Shown: positions 34,610 to 43,431, counted from the stretch's first letter. The stretch: DNA of 64,000 nucleotides from Chloroflexota bacterium (GCA_016190485.1 JACPQN010000018.1:12060-76059), one strand, 5' to 3'. Notes: generated from the sequence alone by a model not told the origin. Translations and numbers: made by a program.

Positions 34610-35730
34610 GTGGCCAGGAGCGAACGGAGGCGCCAACCCCCCAGCGGCGTCAGGAGCTGCGACAGCAGGGCCGCGTGCCTCGCAGCGTCGAAGTCCAGAA
34701 TGCAGCAGCCCTCCTGGGGGCCTTCCTGGGGTTCGGCATCTTCTGGCAGCAGGTCCTCCCCCTGCTGAGGACCGTGGCGCGAGACAGCTTTGCCAGCCTC
34801 GACCGGGGAGAGCTAGGCCCAGCAGAGCTCTCGGGTCTGGCCGCCTCCTGGGGCGTCACCTTCTTTCGTATCACCCTGCCCGTCTTTGCCACGGTGTGGG
34901 CAGCGGGCATGTTCGCGGCCTTCGTCCAAACGGGGTTCCTGGTGACCGAGGGGCCGCTGCAGCCCGATCTTGACCGCATCAACCCGCTGAAGGGGCTGCA
35001 ACGCCTGTTCTCTCCTACCGCCCTGGTGGAGCTGGCGAAGGCGGTGTTGAAGCTCGGCATCGTGGGCTTCCTGGCCTGGAGCCTGGTAGAGGCGCGCCTG
35101 GGCCAGTTCCTGACGTTACCCCAGCTTACTCTGGCCGCCAGCGTGGCTTTATGGGGCGAGCTGGCGCTGGACGTGGGGATCAAGAGCGCCCTCTGCATCC
35201 TGGCGGTGGCAGGGCTGGACTATGGCTACCAGCGCTGGTCCTTCGAGCGGCAGGTCCGCATGACCCGGCAAGAGGTCAGGGAGTCGTTGCGACAGACCGA
35301 GGGCGATCCGCAGGTCAGGGCCAGGCTGCGCGCCCAGGCCCGCCGCTACGCGCGTGGCCGCATGCTCCAGGCGGTCCCCTCGGCTACGGTGGTCGTGACG
35401 AACCCCGTCCACCTGGCGGTGGCCCTCGCCTACCGGCCCGGCGAGATGGCCGCGCCCCGGGTGGTGGCCAAAGGAGAGCGGCTGCTGGCCCAGCGCATCC
35501 GGGCCGTGGCGCAGGAGCACCGGGTGCCGGTGGTGGAGAACCCGCCTCTGGCCTGGGCCCTCCATCGGGGCGCCCAGGTGGGAGACTACATTCCGACGGC
35601 CCTCTACCAGGCGGTGGCCGAGGTGCTGGCCTTTGTCCTGAGCCTGGGCGCCAGCGCCGCCGGGCACGCTTCGCCAACGGCGGAGGAGCGCGCCCCGTCT
35701 CGTGGCGCCGACTCAGGGGCGCAGGAGTAG
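34606..35730 (+). CDS. flhB: flagellar export switch protein FlhB
   Basis: …QERTEAPTPQRRQELRQQGRVPRS…, TM region, …MTRQEVRESLRQTEGDP…VVVTNPVHLAVAL… (autocleavage motif is NPVH rather than NPTH). Confidence 0.92.
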   Translation: MSGQERTEAPTPQRRQELRQQGRVPRSVEVQNAAALLGAFLGFGIFWQQVLPLLRTVARDSFASLDRGELGPAELSGLAASWGVTFFRITLPVFATVWAAGMFAAFVQTGFLVTEGPLQPDLDRINPLKGLQRLFSPTALVELAKAVLKLGIVGFLAWSLVEARLGQFLTLPQLTLAASVALWGELALDVGIKSALCILAVAGLDYGYQRWSFERQVRMTRQEVRESLRQTEGDPQVRARLRAQARRYARGRMLQAVPSATVVVTNPVHLAVALAYRPGEMAAPRVVAKGERLLAQRIRAVAQEHRVPVVENPPLAWALHRGAQVGDYIPTALYQAVAEVLAFVLSLGASAAGHASPTAEERAPSRGADSGAQE

Positions 35731-35739
35731 GAGAAGCTC

Positions 35740-37815
35740 ATGGCCGCAACGTCGGCGCGCGGGGCGCGAGGCGCCTCATCCCTGGCGCCGCTGCTGTCGT
35801 TCAGCGAGACGGGCATGGCCCTGGGGGTGCTGCTCATCATCGCCATGCTCATCATCCCCTTGCCGGCGGCGCTGCTGGATATCCTGATCACCGCTAACCT
35901 GGCGGGAGCGCTGCTGGTGCTCCTGGTCTCCCTTTCCACTCGTCAGCCGTTGCAGTTCTCCGCCTTCCCCTCGGTCTTGCTGCTGGCCACTCTCTTCCGC
36001 CTGGGCTTGAACGTGCTGTCCACCCGGCTGATCCTGCTTCAGGGCAACGCGGGCCAGGTGATCGCCGCCTTCGGGAGCTTTGTCATCGGCGGCAACTACG
36101 TGGTGGGCGTGGTGGTCTTCCTGATCCTGGTGGTGGTCCAGTTCGTGGTCATCACCAACGGCGCGGGGCGGGTGGCCGAGGTGGCGGCCCGCTTCACGCT
36201 GGATGCCATGCCCGGCAAGCAGGTGAGCATCGACGCCGACCTGAACGCCGGGGTCATCGACGAAGGGGAGGCCCGCCGCCGCCGCCGCGCCATCGAGGCC
36301 GAGGCCGACTTCTACGGCGCCATGGACGGCGCCAGCAAGTTCGTCAAAGGAGATGCCATCGCCGGCATCATTATTATCGTCATCAACAGTCTGGGCGGCT
36401 TCTTCATCGGCGTGGTACAGGCGGGCATGTCGCTGCAGGATGCGCTACGGCACTACACGCTGCTCACGGTGGGCGACGGCCTGGTGAGCCAGATTCCGGC
36501 ATTGCTCATCTCCACCGCCACCGGCATCATGGTCACCCGCGCCACCTCGGAGGAGGACCTGGGGCGGGACGTGGCCAGCCAGGTGCTGGCCAATCCCCCG
36601 GCCCTTACCATGGTGGCCCTGGTGCTCCTGGCCCTGGGACTGGCCCCAGGGCTACCCAAGGCGCCTTTCTTCCTGATGGCAGCCATGCTGGGTGGCGTGG
36701 CGTATGCCCTGCGGACCCCCACAAGCTCGCGGGAAAACCCGCAGGAGGCCGCTCCCAGGTCCGAGCCGGAGGGGCTTGCACGCCTGCTCACCGTGGACCC
36801 CATGGAGCTAGAGATCGGTTTCGGGCTGGTGTCCCTGGCGGACACCGACCAACCCGGTAATCTCCTGAGTCGCATAACCCACGTGCGGCGTCAGTTGGCC
36901 CTGGAGCTGGGCCTGGTGATGCCCACCGTCCGCATCCACGACAGTATGGAGCTGGGGCTGAACGCCTATCAGATCCGCCTCCGGGGCACCGTCGTCGCAC
37001 AGGGAGAAGTCCGGGCCGACCGGCTCCTGGGGCTCCATCCCGGCGGCGCGGATTTCCCCGAAGACACTATCGACGGCATTCCCACCGCAGAGCCTGCTTT
37101 TGGCCTGCCCGCCCTGTGGATCGCCCGGGCGGACAAAGAACGCGCCGAGCTGCAGGGCTACACCGTGGTAGACCCCTCCAGCGTGGTGGCCACCCATCTC
37201 ACGGAGACCGTCAAGAGCCTGGCCCACGAGATCCTTTCCCGCCAGGACGTGCAGAGCCTGCTGGACAACGTCAAGCGAGACCATCCCGCCGTGATCGACG
37301 AGCTGATCCCCCGGGTGCTCTCCCTCAGCGACGTCCACCGGGTGCTCCAGAACCTGCTGCAAGAGCAGGTATCCATCCGGGACCTGGTGACCATTCTGGA
37401 GGCCCTGGCGCCTGCCGCGCGGGTAACCACCGAGCCGGACGTACTCGCGGAATTGGTACGCCAGTCCCTGGGACGGGCTATCTGCGCCAAATATGCTGGT
37501 GAAGACAGCACTCTCCACGTGCTGATGCTTGACCCGGAGCTTCAGGAGGGGCTGCTGCAAGCCCTCCAGACGCGGGAGAACCAGTGGCTGCTGGAGCCGG
37601 ACCCCGATCTGGGCCAGCGCCTGATCCAGAACCTGGGGGCGAGCATGGAAAGGCTGGCCGAGCGGGGGTTCTCCCCCGTGCTGGTGGTGCCTGGGCGCTT
37701 GCGCCTTCCCTTGCGGCATTACCTACAGGCCACGCTGCCCCGGCTGGCGCTCCTCTCCTATGGGGAGATCCCGCCTGGGGTCAGGGTGAGCGGTGAAGGG
37801 ACGGTGGCGGCATGA
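35740..37815 (+). CDS. flhA: flagellar export gate protein FlhA
   Basis: …FPSVLLLATLFRLGLNVLSTRLIL…VVQFVVITNGAGRVAEVAARFTLDAMPGKQVSIDADL…AMDGASKFVKGDAIAG…. Confidence 0.95.
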   Translation: MAATSARGARGASSLAPLLSFSETGMALGVLLIIAMLIIPLPAALLDILITANLAGALLVLLVSLSTRQPLQFSAFPSVLLLATLFRLGLNVLSTRLILLQGNAGQVIAAFGSFVIGGNYVVGVVVFLILVVVQFVVITNGAGRVAEVAARFTLDAMPGKQVSIDADLNAGVIDEGEARRRRRAIEAEADFYGAMDGASKFVKGDAIAGIIIIVINSLGGFFIGVVQAGMSLQDALRHYTLLTVGDGLVSQIPALLISTATGIMVTRATSEEDLGRDVASQVLANPPALTMVALVLLALGLAPGLPKAPFFLMAAMLGGVAYALRTPTSSRENPQEAAPRSEPEGLARLLTVDPMELEIGFGLVSLADTDQPGNLLSRITHVRRQLALELGLVMPTVRIHDSMELGLNAYQIRLRGTVVAQGEVRADRLLGLHPGGADFPEDTIDGIPTAEPAFGLPALWIARADKERAELQGYTVVDPSSVVATHLTETVKSLAHEILSRQDVQSLLDNVKRDHPAVIDELIPRVLSLSDVHRVLQNLLQEQVSIRDLVTILEALAPAARVTTEPDVLAELVRQSLGRAICAKYAGEDSTLHVLMLDPELQEGLLQALQTRENQWLLEPDPDLGQRLIQNLGASMERLAERGFSPVLVVPGRLRLPLRHYLQATLPRLALLSYGEIPPGVRVSGEGTVAA

Positions 37816-39263
37816 CGACCAAGATCAAGAAGTACCGAGCAGCTACCATAGCCGACGCGTTGCGGCTGGTGAAGGCGGACCTGGGGCCCGACGCCATCAT
37901 CCTGGACTCCCAGCGGGTGCGCCAGCCAGGGATCCAGGGCTGGTTCAAGGCTCCCGTACTGGAAGTCTCGGCCGTGACGGAAGCCGAGGGGCTTCGCCTG
38001 CCCCGAGAGCCCTGGGCGCCCCGTACCCAGCGCCGCGCCCCCGAGCCTGCGGCGGAGGCTCCGACTCCCGCCAGCGGTCTCCAGCTCCCCCGCGAGTCGC
38101 CGCTCTTTCCGCTGGATGCTGCCACCTCCGCCCTGCTCCGAAAGCAATCCCAGCAGAACGCGCTCCCGGCGAGCGCGGGGCCCCTGGCCAGGCCCGCGGC
38201 TGCCACAGCCGAAGTAAGGGGCAGTCCCGATGGCGTCAACGTCGAGATGGAGCGGCTGGCCCAGGCGGTGCAGGAGGTGCAGCGAGAGGTGGCCACCCTC
38301 ATCGGGCTGCACCGCGAGCTCAGCCGGGAGCTGGCGCAGGTGCTCACCCGGTCCGAGCTGTACTCCTCTGTCAGCACAAGGCGGCGCAGCCGCCGCAATC
38401 CGGAGTCTTCACCCGAGAGCACCGTTACGGCCATACCTGGGTCACTGCGCGATCGGGTGCAACGACTGCTCCGGCTGCCCCATGAGGATACCGGGCTGGT
38501 GACGCGCATCCTGCAGGCCGCCGCCCTGCCGCCGGGCGCCGAGGAGCTACCCATGGAAGAAGAGCAGGTGTTGGCGGCCCTGCGAGGAGCCGTCGGCCGG
38601 CTGGCCAAAACGCCGGCGTCCCTCGCGCTTGTTCCAGGGGAGACACGGGTCATCTTTCTGGCAGGTTCCACGGGAGTGGGCAAGACCACGGCAGCCGCCA
38701 AGCTGGCCGCCCACTACGCCCAGCACCACGCCGTGGCCCTCGCCACGGTAGGTCGCTCCGGGTTCATGAGCACCTCGCAGCTCGTGGCTCACTGCGCCCG
38801 CTGGCGGGCCCGCTTCCGGGCCTGCGGTTCCACCGCAGCCCTGGCAGCGTTTCTGGAAGAGGCCAGTGGCCAGGCGGAGGCTATCTTTGTCGACACGCCA
38901 GGCGTGTGCTTCTCCAGCGGCCCGCAAGTCCAGGACCTGCTCCGCCTCACAGGCGCTGCTCAGGACGCCAGGGTCTGGCTGGTGGCCGCGGCTTCCATGC
39001 AGGAGGCGTTGCTCCAGCAGGCCACCCAGGCGCTGGCGGGCCTTCCACTGGACGCCCTGGTGCTCACCAAGCTGGACGAGACCGAGACGCCCGGCGCCCT
39101 GGTGAGCGCGGCCATGGCCGCCGATCTGCCCATAGGATACCTGGCCACGGGCCAGGACCTGCGCTGGGGCTTGGAGGAGGCCTCTGCGGAGAGCATCGCC
39201 CGGCTCCTGGTCAAAGCCGACGCCCCAGCCCCGGAACCGGCGCTGGCCGGGCGCCCGGCGTAG
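37812..39263 (+). CDS. flhF: flagellar biosynthesis SRP-type GTPase FlhF
   Basis: P-loop GSTGVGKTT, DTPG, TKLDE and …IGYLATGQDL. The region that usually reads TTDTYRIxAVEQL reads ATVGRSGFMSTSQL. Confidence 0.85.
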   Translation: MTTKIKKYRAATIADALRLVKADLGPDAIILDSQRVRQPGIQGWFKAPVLEVSAVTEAEGLRLPREPWAPRTQRRAPEPAAEAPTPASGLQLPRESPLFPLDAATSALLRKQSQQNALPASAGPLARPAAATAEVRGSPDGVNVEMERLAQAVQEVQREVATLIGLHRELSRELAQVLTRSELYSSVSTRRRSRRNPESSPESTVTAIPGSLRDRVQRLLRLPHEDTGLVTRILQAAALPPGAEELPMEEEQVLAALRGAVGRLAKTPASLALVPGETRVIFLAGSTGVGKTTAAAKLAAHYAQHHAVALATVGRSGFMSTSQLVAHCARWRARFRACGSTAALAAFLEEASGQAEAIFVDTPGVCFSSGPQVQDLLRLTGAAQDARVWLVAAASMQEALLQQATQALAGLPLDALVLTKLDETETPGALVSAAMAADLPIGYLATGQDLRWGLEEASAESIARLLVKADAPAPEPALAGRPA

Positions 39264-39265
39264 CG

Positions 39266-40000
39266 ATGACCACCGCCAGTGCCAGCCAGCACATCCCGCA
39301 CCTCAAGCTCGCGGTGACGGAGCGGGTGGAGTTGGAGCTGGTCCAGCAGGAGGAGCCGGAGCGCTATCCCACCAGGATCGCTGCGGTACAGGGCCCGCTG
39401 GTCACCGTCGAAGCGCCGCTGCGAAAGCTGGACATGGTGCCCATCCCGGCGGGGAGCCAGGTGCGCCTCTGGGCCTCTCGTCAGTACGCCAGCTTCTCGG
39501 CCCAGGCCACCGTAGAGGCCGCGTTCTGGGCGCCCATTGCCGCCCTGGTCTTGCGCCTTACATCGCCCTGGGCCCGCTTCCAGCACCGCTCCAGCGTGCG
39601 GCTGGAGACCTTGATGCAGCCGGAGCTGGCGGAGCTGGCGCTGCCCGACGGCCGCAGCTTTTCCATCGATCTCTCGGTGCGCAACCTCAGCGTCGGCGGC
39701 GCGCTGCTGGTCACTAAGCGCACACCAAAGAAGCCCCACCCGGATATCGGGCCCCGGCTGGACGCGGGCTTTTTGCGGGAGCACCTATCGGAGCTCCGGA
39801 TCCGACTCCTGTTGCCCTTAAGTGGCAGCAACCAACTGGAGCTGACAGGACGTCTGGTCCGGGTGGAAGAGGTGGAGGAGGAGCTGGAGTATCTCTTGCG
39901 CCTGGCCGTGCAGTTTGTTGATACCCCACTCCGGCACGAGGACATGCTGTTCCGTTTCATCTTTGAGGAGCAGAAGCGCCGCAGGAGGAAAGGCCTGTGA
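39266..40000 (+). CDS. PilZ domain protein (YcgR-like c-di-GMP receptor)
   Basis: N-terminal beta-barrel-like half, then PilZ motifs RSSVR (RxxxR) and NLSVGG (D/NxSxxG). ATG is 3 nt after the flhF stop. The tracked ORF from 38906 is an out-of-frame 5' extension. Confidence 0.85.
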   Translation: MTTASASQHIPHLKLAVTERVELELVQQEEPERYPTRIAAVQGPLVTVEAPLRKLDMVPIPAGSQVRLWASRQYASFSAQATVEAAFWAPIAALVLRLTSPWARFQHRSSVRLETLMQPELAELALPDGRSFSIDLSVRNLSVGGALLVTKRTPKKPHPDIGPRLDAGFLREHLSELRIRLLLPLSGSNQLELTGRLVRVEEVEEELEYLLRLAVQFVDTPLRHEDMLFRFIFEEQKRRRRKGL

Positions 40001-40302
40001 CGGGTAGCCAGGACGTCCACGGGGAGCTTGGCCGCCTCACTCTGGTCCTGGCGGCGGCGGCCGCGCTGGTGGCAGAGGTGGCGGGGCTGCTGGCCGGAGA
40101 TGGCCCGGAGCAGGCCCTGCTGAAGGCCTCGGTGGCCCTGGTGGGCACGGGGCTGATGGGAGGTGTCCTGGAGCTGGTGATGAGCCAGGCGTGGGGCCAG
40201 CCACGGCCGCCCCAGGCGCAAACGGAGGCCATGCAGCCGGAGGTGGAAGGCTCGGCCAGGCAGGGCAAGCCCGCAGATGGGGAGCTAGCAGCCAATGATT
40301 AG
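39997..40302 (+). CDS. hypothetical small membrane protein
   Basis: GTG overlaps the pilZ stop (GTGA) and the 3' end overlaps the fliA start by 8 nt. Two hydrophobic segments and very high third-position GC like neighbouring genes. No family recognised. Confidence 0.45.
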   Translation: MTGSQDVHGELGRLTLVLAAAAALVAEVAGLLAGDGPEQALLKASVALVGTGLMGGVLELVMSQAWGQPRPPQAQTEAMQPEVEGSARQGKPADGELAAND

Positions 40303-41080
40303 CCACGAGGCTCTCTGGACCGAGTTCGTTGCGCAGCGAGACCCGTCCCTCCGGGAACGGCTGATCCTCATGTACGCGCCCCTTGTGAAGTACGTTATCA
40401 ACCGGACGGCGGTCCCCATTTTCCGGCCCATGACCATCGAAGACGTGACGAGCTACGGCATCATCGGCCTCACCCACGCGGTGGACCGTTACGACCCCAC
40501 CAAGGGCGTCACCTTCGAGACCTACGCCATCCCCCGGGTGCGGGGCGCCATCATGGACGGCATGCGAGAGTCTGGCCTCTTCAGCCGGACGGATATGGCT
40601 AAAGTGCGGGAGCTGGAGCGCACCGTCGACGCCCTGCTGCACGAGCTGCAACGGTTTCCCACCACGGCGGAGCTGGCCGAGCGGACGAACATGCCCCCCA
40701 GAGAGGTAGAGCGCCTCATGCTGGTGAGCCGCACCACCTTCGTCTCCCTGGATGCTCCCGTGGAATCGGAGGACGGAGAGGACCGGGGTATGCTGCGGGA
40801 CCTCCTGGCCGACGACAAGAGTCCTAACCCCGTGGAGATTATGGAAGAGAAGGAGGTGCGGGCCGCCCTAATCCAGAGCATCCAAGCGCTGCCAGAGCGC
40901 AGCCGGCTGGTGATCTCCCTCTACTACGTGGACGAGCTCTCGCCCCTGGAGATCGCCGAGGTGCTGGGCGTCTCCCGCTCCCGGGTCTATCAGATCCATG
41001 CCCATGCCATCATGGAGCTGCGTGCCCTCATGCGATCCAAGCTGGGGCACCACGAGCTGCTGGCGGGCGTGCGGTCCTAG
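40295..41080 (+). CDS. fliA: flagellar sigma factor sigma-28 (FliA/SigD)
   Basis: Region 2 …GIIGLTHAVDRYDPTKGVTFETYAIPRVRGAIMDGMRE…, region 4 …LSPLEIAEVLGVSRSRVYQIHAHAI…. Confidence 0.92.
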   Translation: MISHEALWTEFVAQRDPSLRERLILMYAPLVKYVINRTAVPIFRPMTIEDVTSYGIIGLTHAVDRYDPTKGVTFETYAIPRVRGAIMDGMRESGLFSRTDMAKVRELERTVDALLHELQRFPTTAELAERTNMPPREVERLMLVSRTTFVSLDAPVESEDGEDRGMLRDLLADDKSPNPVEIMEEKEVRAALIQSIQALPERSRLVISLYYVDELSPLEIAEVLGVSRSRVYQIHAHAIMELRALMRSKLGHHELLAGVRS

Positions 41081-41086
41081 GAGGAA

Positions 41087-41743
41087 GTGACCGTGGGCAT
41101 CCAGATGTGGCGCATGCTGGCCAGCGTGACCCTGTTGATCATCCTGGGGCAGGCGGCCCTGCAACCGGAGGTGGTCCAGGGCAATGGCACCTCCATCAAG
41201 GTGGTGCTGAGCTACCTGAGCGGCGTCTCCAACTTCGGCTCCCAGAGCGCCGCGGGGGTGGCGGAGATCGTCATGAAAGAAGGGGAGATCAAGATCACCG
41301 CGCTGGGGATGCAGCCGCTCACCTCCCAGACCTACCAGGTCTGGCTGGCCAACACCCGCTCCGGTGAGGTGTGGAACGGCGGCAGGGTCAGCCCCGACCC
41401 ACGCGGCAACGTCTCCGCCACTAATATCCTGGCCGGAGAGATCCCGGACAAAGGCTATAATCTGGTCTTCCTGTCGGTGGAAGAACCGGACGTGGCGCCG
41501 CGGACGCCCAGCCAGCAGCGGTCCATCGCCGGCCATTTCCCCACCAGCCCCGCCCCCGGCCAGCAACCGGAGCAGTTGCCCAACACCGGAGATGCGCTAT
41601 CCGTGGATAACATCCGATTTGTGCCGGCCGCGCCGCCGGCCGCTCGGCCAGAGGGGGAGCCCTGGCGGCCCTGGGTCATGACGGCCCTGCTGCCGCTGGC
41701 GGCTGCCCTGGGCTTCTGGATCGGCCGGCGCTGCGGGGCCTGA
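41087..41743 (+). CDS. exported protein with RskA-C-terminal-like domain and LPNTG + C-terminal TM/basic tail
   Basis: N-terminal hydrophobic signal; …TSQTYQVWLANTRSGEVWNGGRV…LVFLSVEEP…; LPNTG at aa 164-168 (nt 41576-41590); helix WVMTALLPLAAALGFWI followed by GRRCGA. GTG at 41093 has better spacing from the AGGAGG SD. Confidence 0.7.
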   Translation: MTVGIQMWRMLASVTLLIILGQAALQPEVVQGNGTSIKVVLSYLSGVSNFGSQSAAGVAEIVMKEGEIKITALGMQPLTSQTYQVWLANTRSGEVWNGGRVSPDPRGNVSATNILAGEIPDKGYNLVFLSVEEPDVAPRTPSQQRSIAGHFPTSPAPGQQPEQLPNTGDALSVDNIRFVPAAPPAARPEGEPWRPWVMTALLPLAAALGFWIGRRCGA

Positions 41744-41755
41744 GAGGAGCGTAGC

Positions 41756-42499
41756 ATGATTCGAGGCGTCTATGTCGCAGCGGCGGGCATGGTGGCGTCC
41801 ATGACCCGGCTGAACCGGCTGGCCAACAACATCGCCAACGTGGCCACGCCGGGCTACAAGCAGGACGTGGCCAGCCCGGAGGTGTTTGAAGGGATGATGC
41901 TGGCGCGCGTTGGGCAGGCAGGTGGGCCCCAGCAGATCGGCCCCCTCACCACCGTGGTCGTGGCCGAACGGCCCCGGGTCGACCTGACCCAGGGCGCGCT
42001 CCAGGCTACGGGCGGAGAGCTGGACTTCTCGCTCTCGGGGCCGGGCTTCTTTGCGGTGGAAAAGGAGGGCGCCCGCTACTTCACCCGCAACGGCGCCTGG
42101 ATGCTAGACCCCAACCGCGCCCTGCGCACGCTGGACGGAGGCCTGGTGCTGGGCGCGGGCGGCCCCATTACCATCCCACCCGGCACCCTCACGGTCGAAA
42201 CCAACGGCCAACTGGCGGTGGACGGCCGCGTGGTAGACACCCTTTCCGTCGTCGATTTCCCGGAAGGCACGGCCTTCCAGAAGATCGGCCACAGCTACCT
42301 CCAGGCCGTGGGCGCAGAGGCTGTGCCGGCCCGAGCGTTCGAGGTGCACCAGGGCTTCCTGGAGGCCTCCAACGTGAATGCCATGGACTCCATGGTGGAG
42401 TTGCTCACCAGCCACAAGAACTACGGAGCAAGCCAGCGCTTCTTGCAGCTTGCCGATCAGGCCCTGGCCAAAGCCGTAAACGAGCTGGGCCGGGTCTAG
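41756..42499 (+). CDS. flgF: flagellar basal-body rod protein (FlgF/FlgG family)
   Basis: N-terminal …RLNRLANNIANVATPGYK…, C-terminal …GFLEASNVNAMDSMVELLTSHKNYGASQRFLQ…. Confidence 0.85.
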   Translation: MIRGVYVAAAGMVASMTRLNRLANNIANVATPGYKQDVASPEVFEGMMLARVGQAGGPQQIGPLTTVVVAERPRVDLTQGALQATGGELDFSLSGPGFFAVEKEGARYFTRNGAWMLDPNRALRTLDGGLVLGAGGPITIPPGTLTVETNGQLAVDGRVVDTLSVVDFPEGTAFQKIGHSYLQAVGAEAVPARAFEVHQGFLEASNVNAMDSMVELLTSHKNYGASQRFLQLADQALAKAVNELGRV

Positions 42500-42513
42500 A
42501 AAAGGAGCACCAG

Positions 42514-43302
42514 ATGTCCAGCGCCATACGAGTGGCCGCCAGCGGCGCCCGGGCCCACCAGATCCGCCTGGACGTAGTGGGCCACAATCTGTCCAACGTG
42601 AATACCCCCGGCTTCAAGGCTACCCGCACCGATTTCCAGGACGACCGCTACATCGAGTTGCGGGCCGCTCGCCCAGGGCGAGAGGCCGGAGCCGGCGACC
42701 GGGCAGGGAGCTGGCTGGGCACCGGCGTCATCGTGGCCACCCGCCCCATCTTCGCCCAGGGGCCTATTGAGATCACCGACCAGTCCCTGGACCTGGCCAT
42801 CGTGGGGAACGGCTTCTTTCAGGTGCGTCATCCCGACGGCTCCCTCGCCTACACCCGGTCTGGGGCCTTCCGGGTGGACCCCCAGGGGCGGATGGTGACC
42901 GCGCATGGGTACCTGCTGGAGCCTCCCATCCAGGCGCCTGCAGGAGTCGCGGAGCTTAAGGTGGACCCTGAAGGGATCGTCAGCGCCCGAGTGGGACGAG
43001 AGGGAGCGCCGGTGCGATTGGGCACTCTGGCTCTGAGCACCTTTCCCAACCCAGAGGGCCTCGAGTCTCGGGGCTTCGGCATCTACGTGGCCTCGGAGAA
43101 GTCCGGCCAGCCCACTACAGTGCCCGCCGGGCAGGGAGGTAACGGCAGCATCGTTGCCGGCGCGCTGGAACGGTCCAACGTCGACCTAGAGGGCCAGATG
43201 GTGGCCCTGGTGGAAGCCCAGCGGGCCTACCAGCTCTCCCTCAAGGCGGTGCAGGCGCTCATCGAGATGACCCAGGAGGCCGTGGACCTACAGCGGCTCT
43301 AG
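42514..43302 (+). CDS. flgG: flagellar distal rod protein FlgG
   Basis: …RLDVVGHNLSNVNTPGFK…GNGFFQV…YTRSGAFRVD…GALERSNVDLEGQMVALVEAQRAYQ…. Confidence 0.9.
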   Translation: MSSAIRVAASGARAHQIRLDVVGHNLSNVNTPGFKATRTDFQDDRYIELRAARPGREAGAGDRAGSWLGTGVIVATRPIFAQGPIEITDQSLDLAIVGNGFFQVRHPDGSLAYTRSGAFRVDPQGRMVTAHGYLLEPPIQAPAGVAELKVDPEGIVSARVGREGAPVRLGTLALSTFPNPEGLESRGFGIYVASEKSGQPTTVPAGQGGNGSIVAGALERSNVDLEGQMVALVEAQRAYQLSLKAVQALIEMTQEAVDLQRL

Positions 43303-43306
43303 TAGG

Positions 43307-43354
43307 CCCGAGAGGGGGCCTGCTCTCCTCTAAGGGCAAACAATAACGCCCTTT
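43307..43354 (+). terminator. two weak hairpins after flgG (possible operon end)
   Basis: AGGCCC-gagagg-GGGCCT and AAGGGC-10 nt-GCCCTT followed by T; no strong T-tract. Confidence 0.3.
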
Positions 43355-43389
43355 CGAGAAACTTAGCACTGGACGATTGAGCGCTTCCT

Positions 43390-43398
43390 GCCGATAGT
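43390..43398 (+). promoter_or_regulatory. sigma-28-type -10 box GCCGATAGT upstream of flgM
   Basis: 34 nt upstream of the flgM ATG; AAGGAG SD follows. Confidence 0.45.
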
Positions 43399-43431
43399 GG
43401 AGAAGAGGGTGTAGATCACCAAGGAGATGCG

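Noticed and set aside
38906-40000. Long 5' extensions of tracked ORFs: 38906 for pilZ, 53270 for flgC, 59608 for flgB, 43607 for flgN, 10416 for argJ, 12725 for UPF0182, 5974 for the phosphatase.
   Set aside because: The extensions overlap the preceding recognisable gene in another frame and look non-coding. Internal ATG starts with SD sequences give normal-length proteins.
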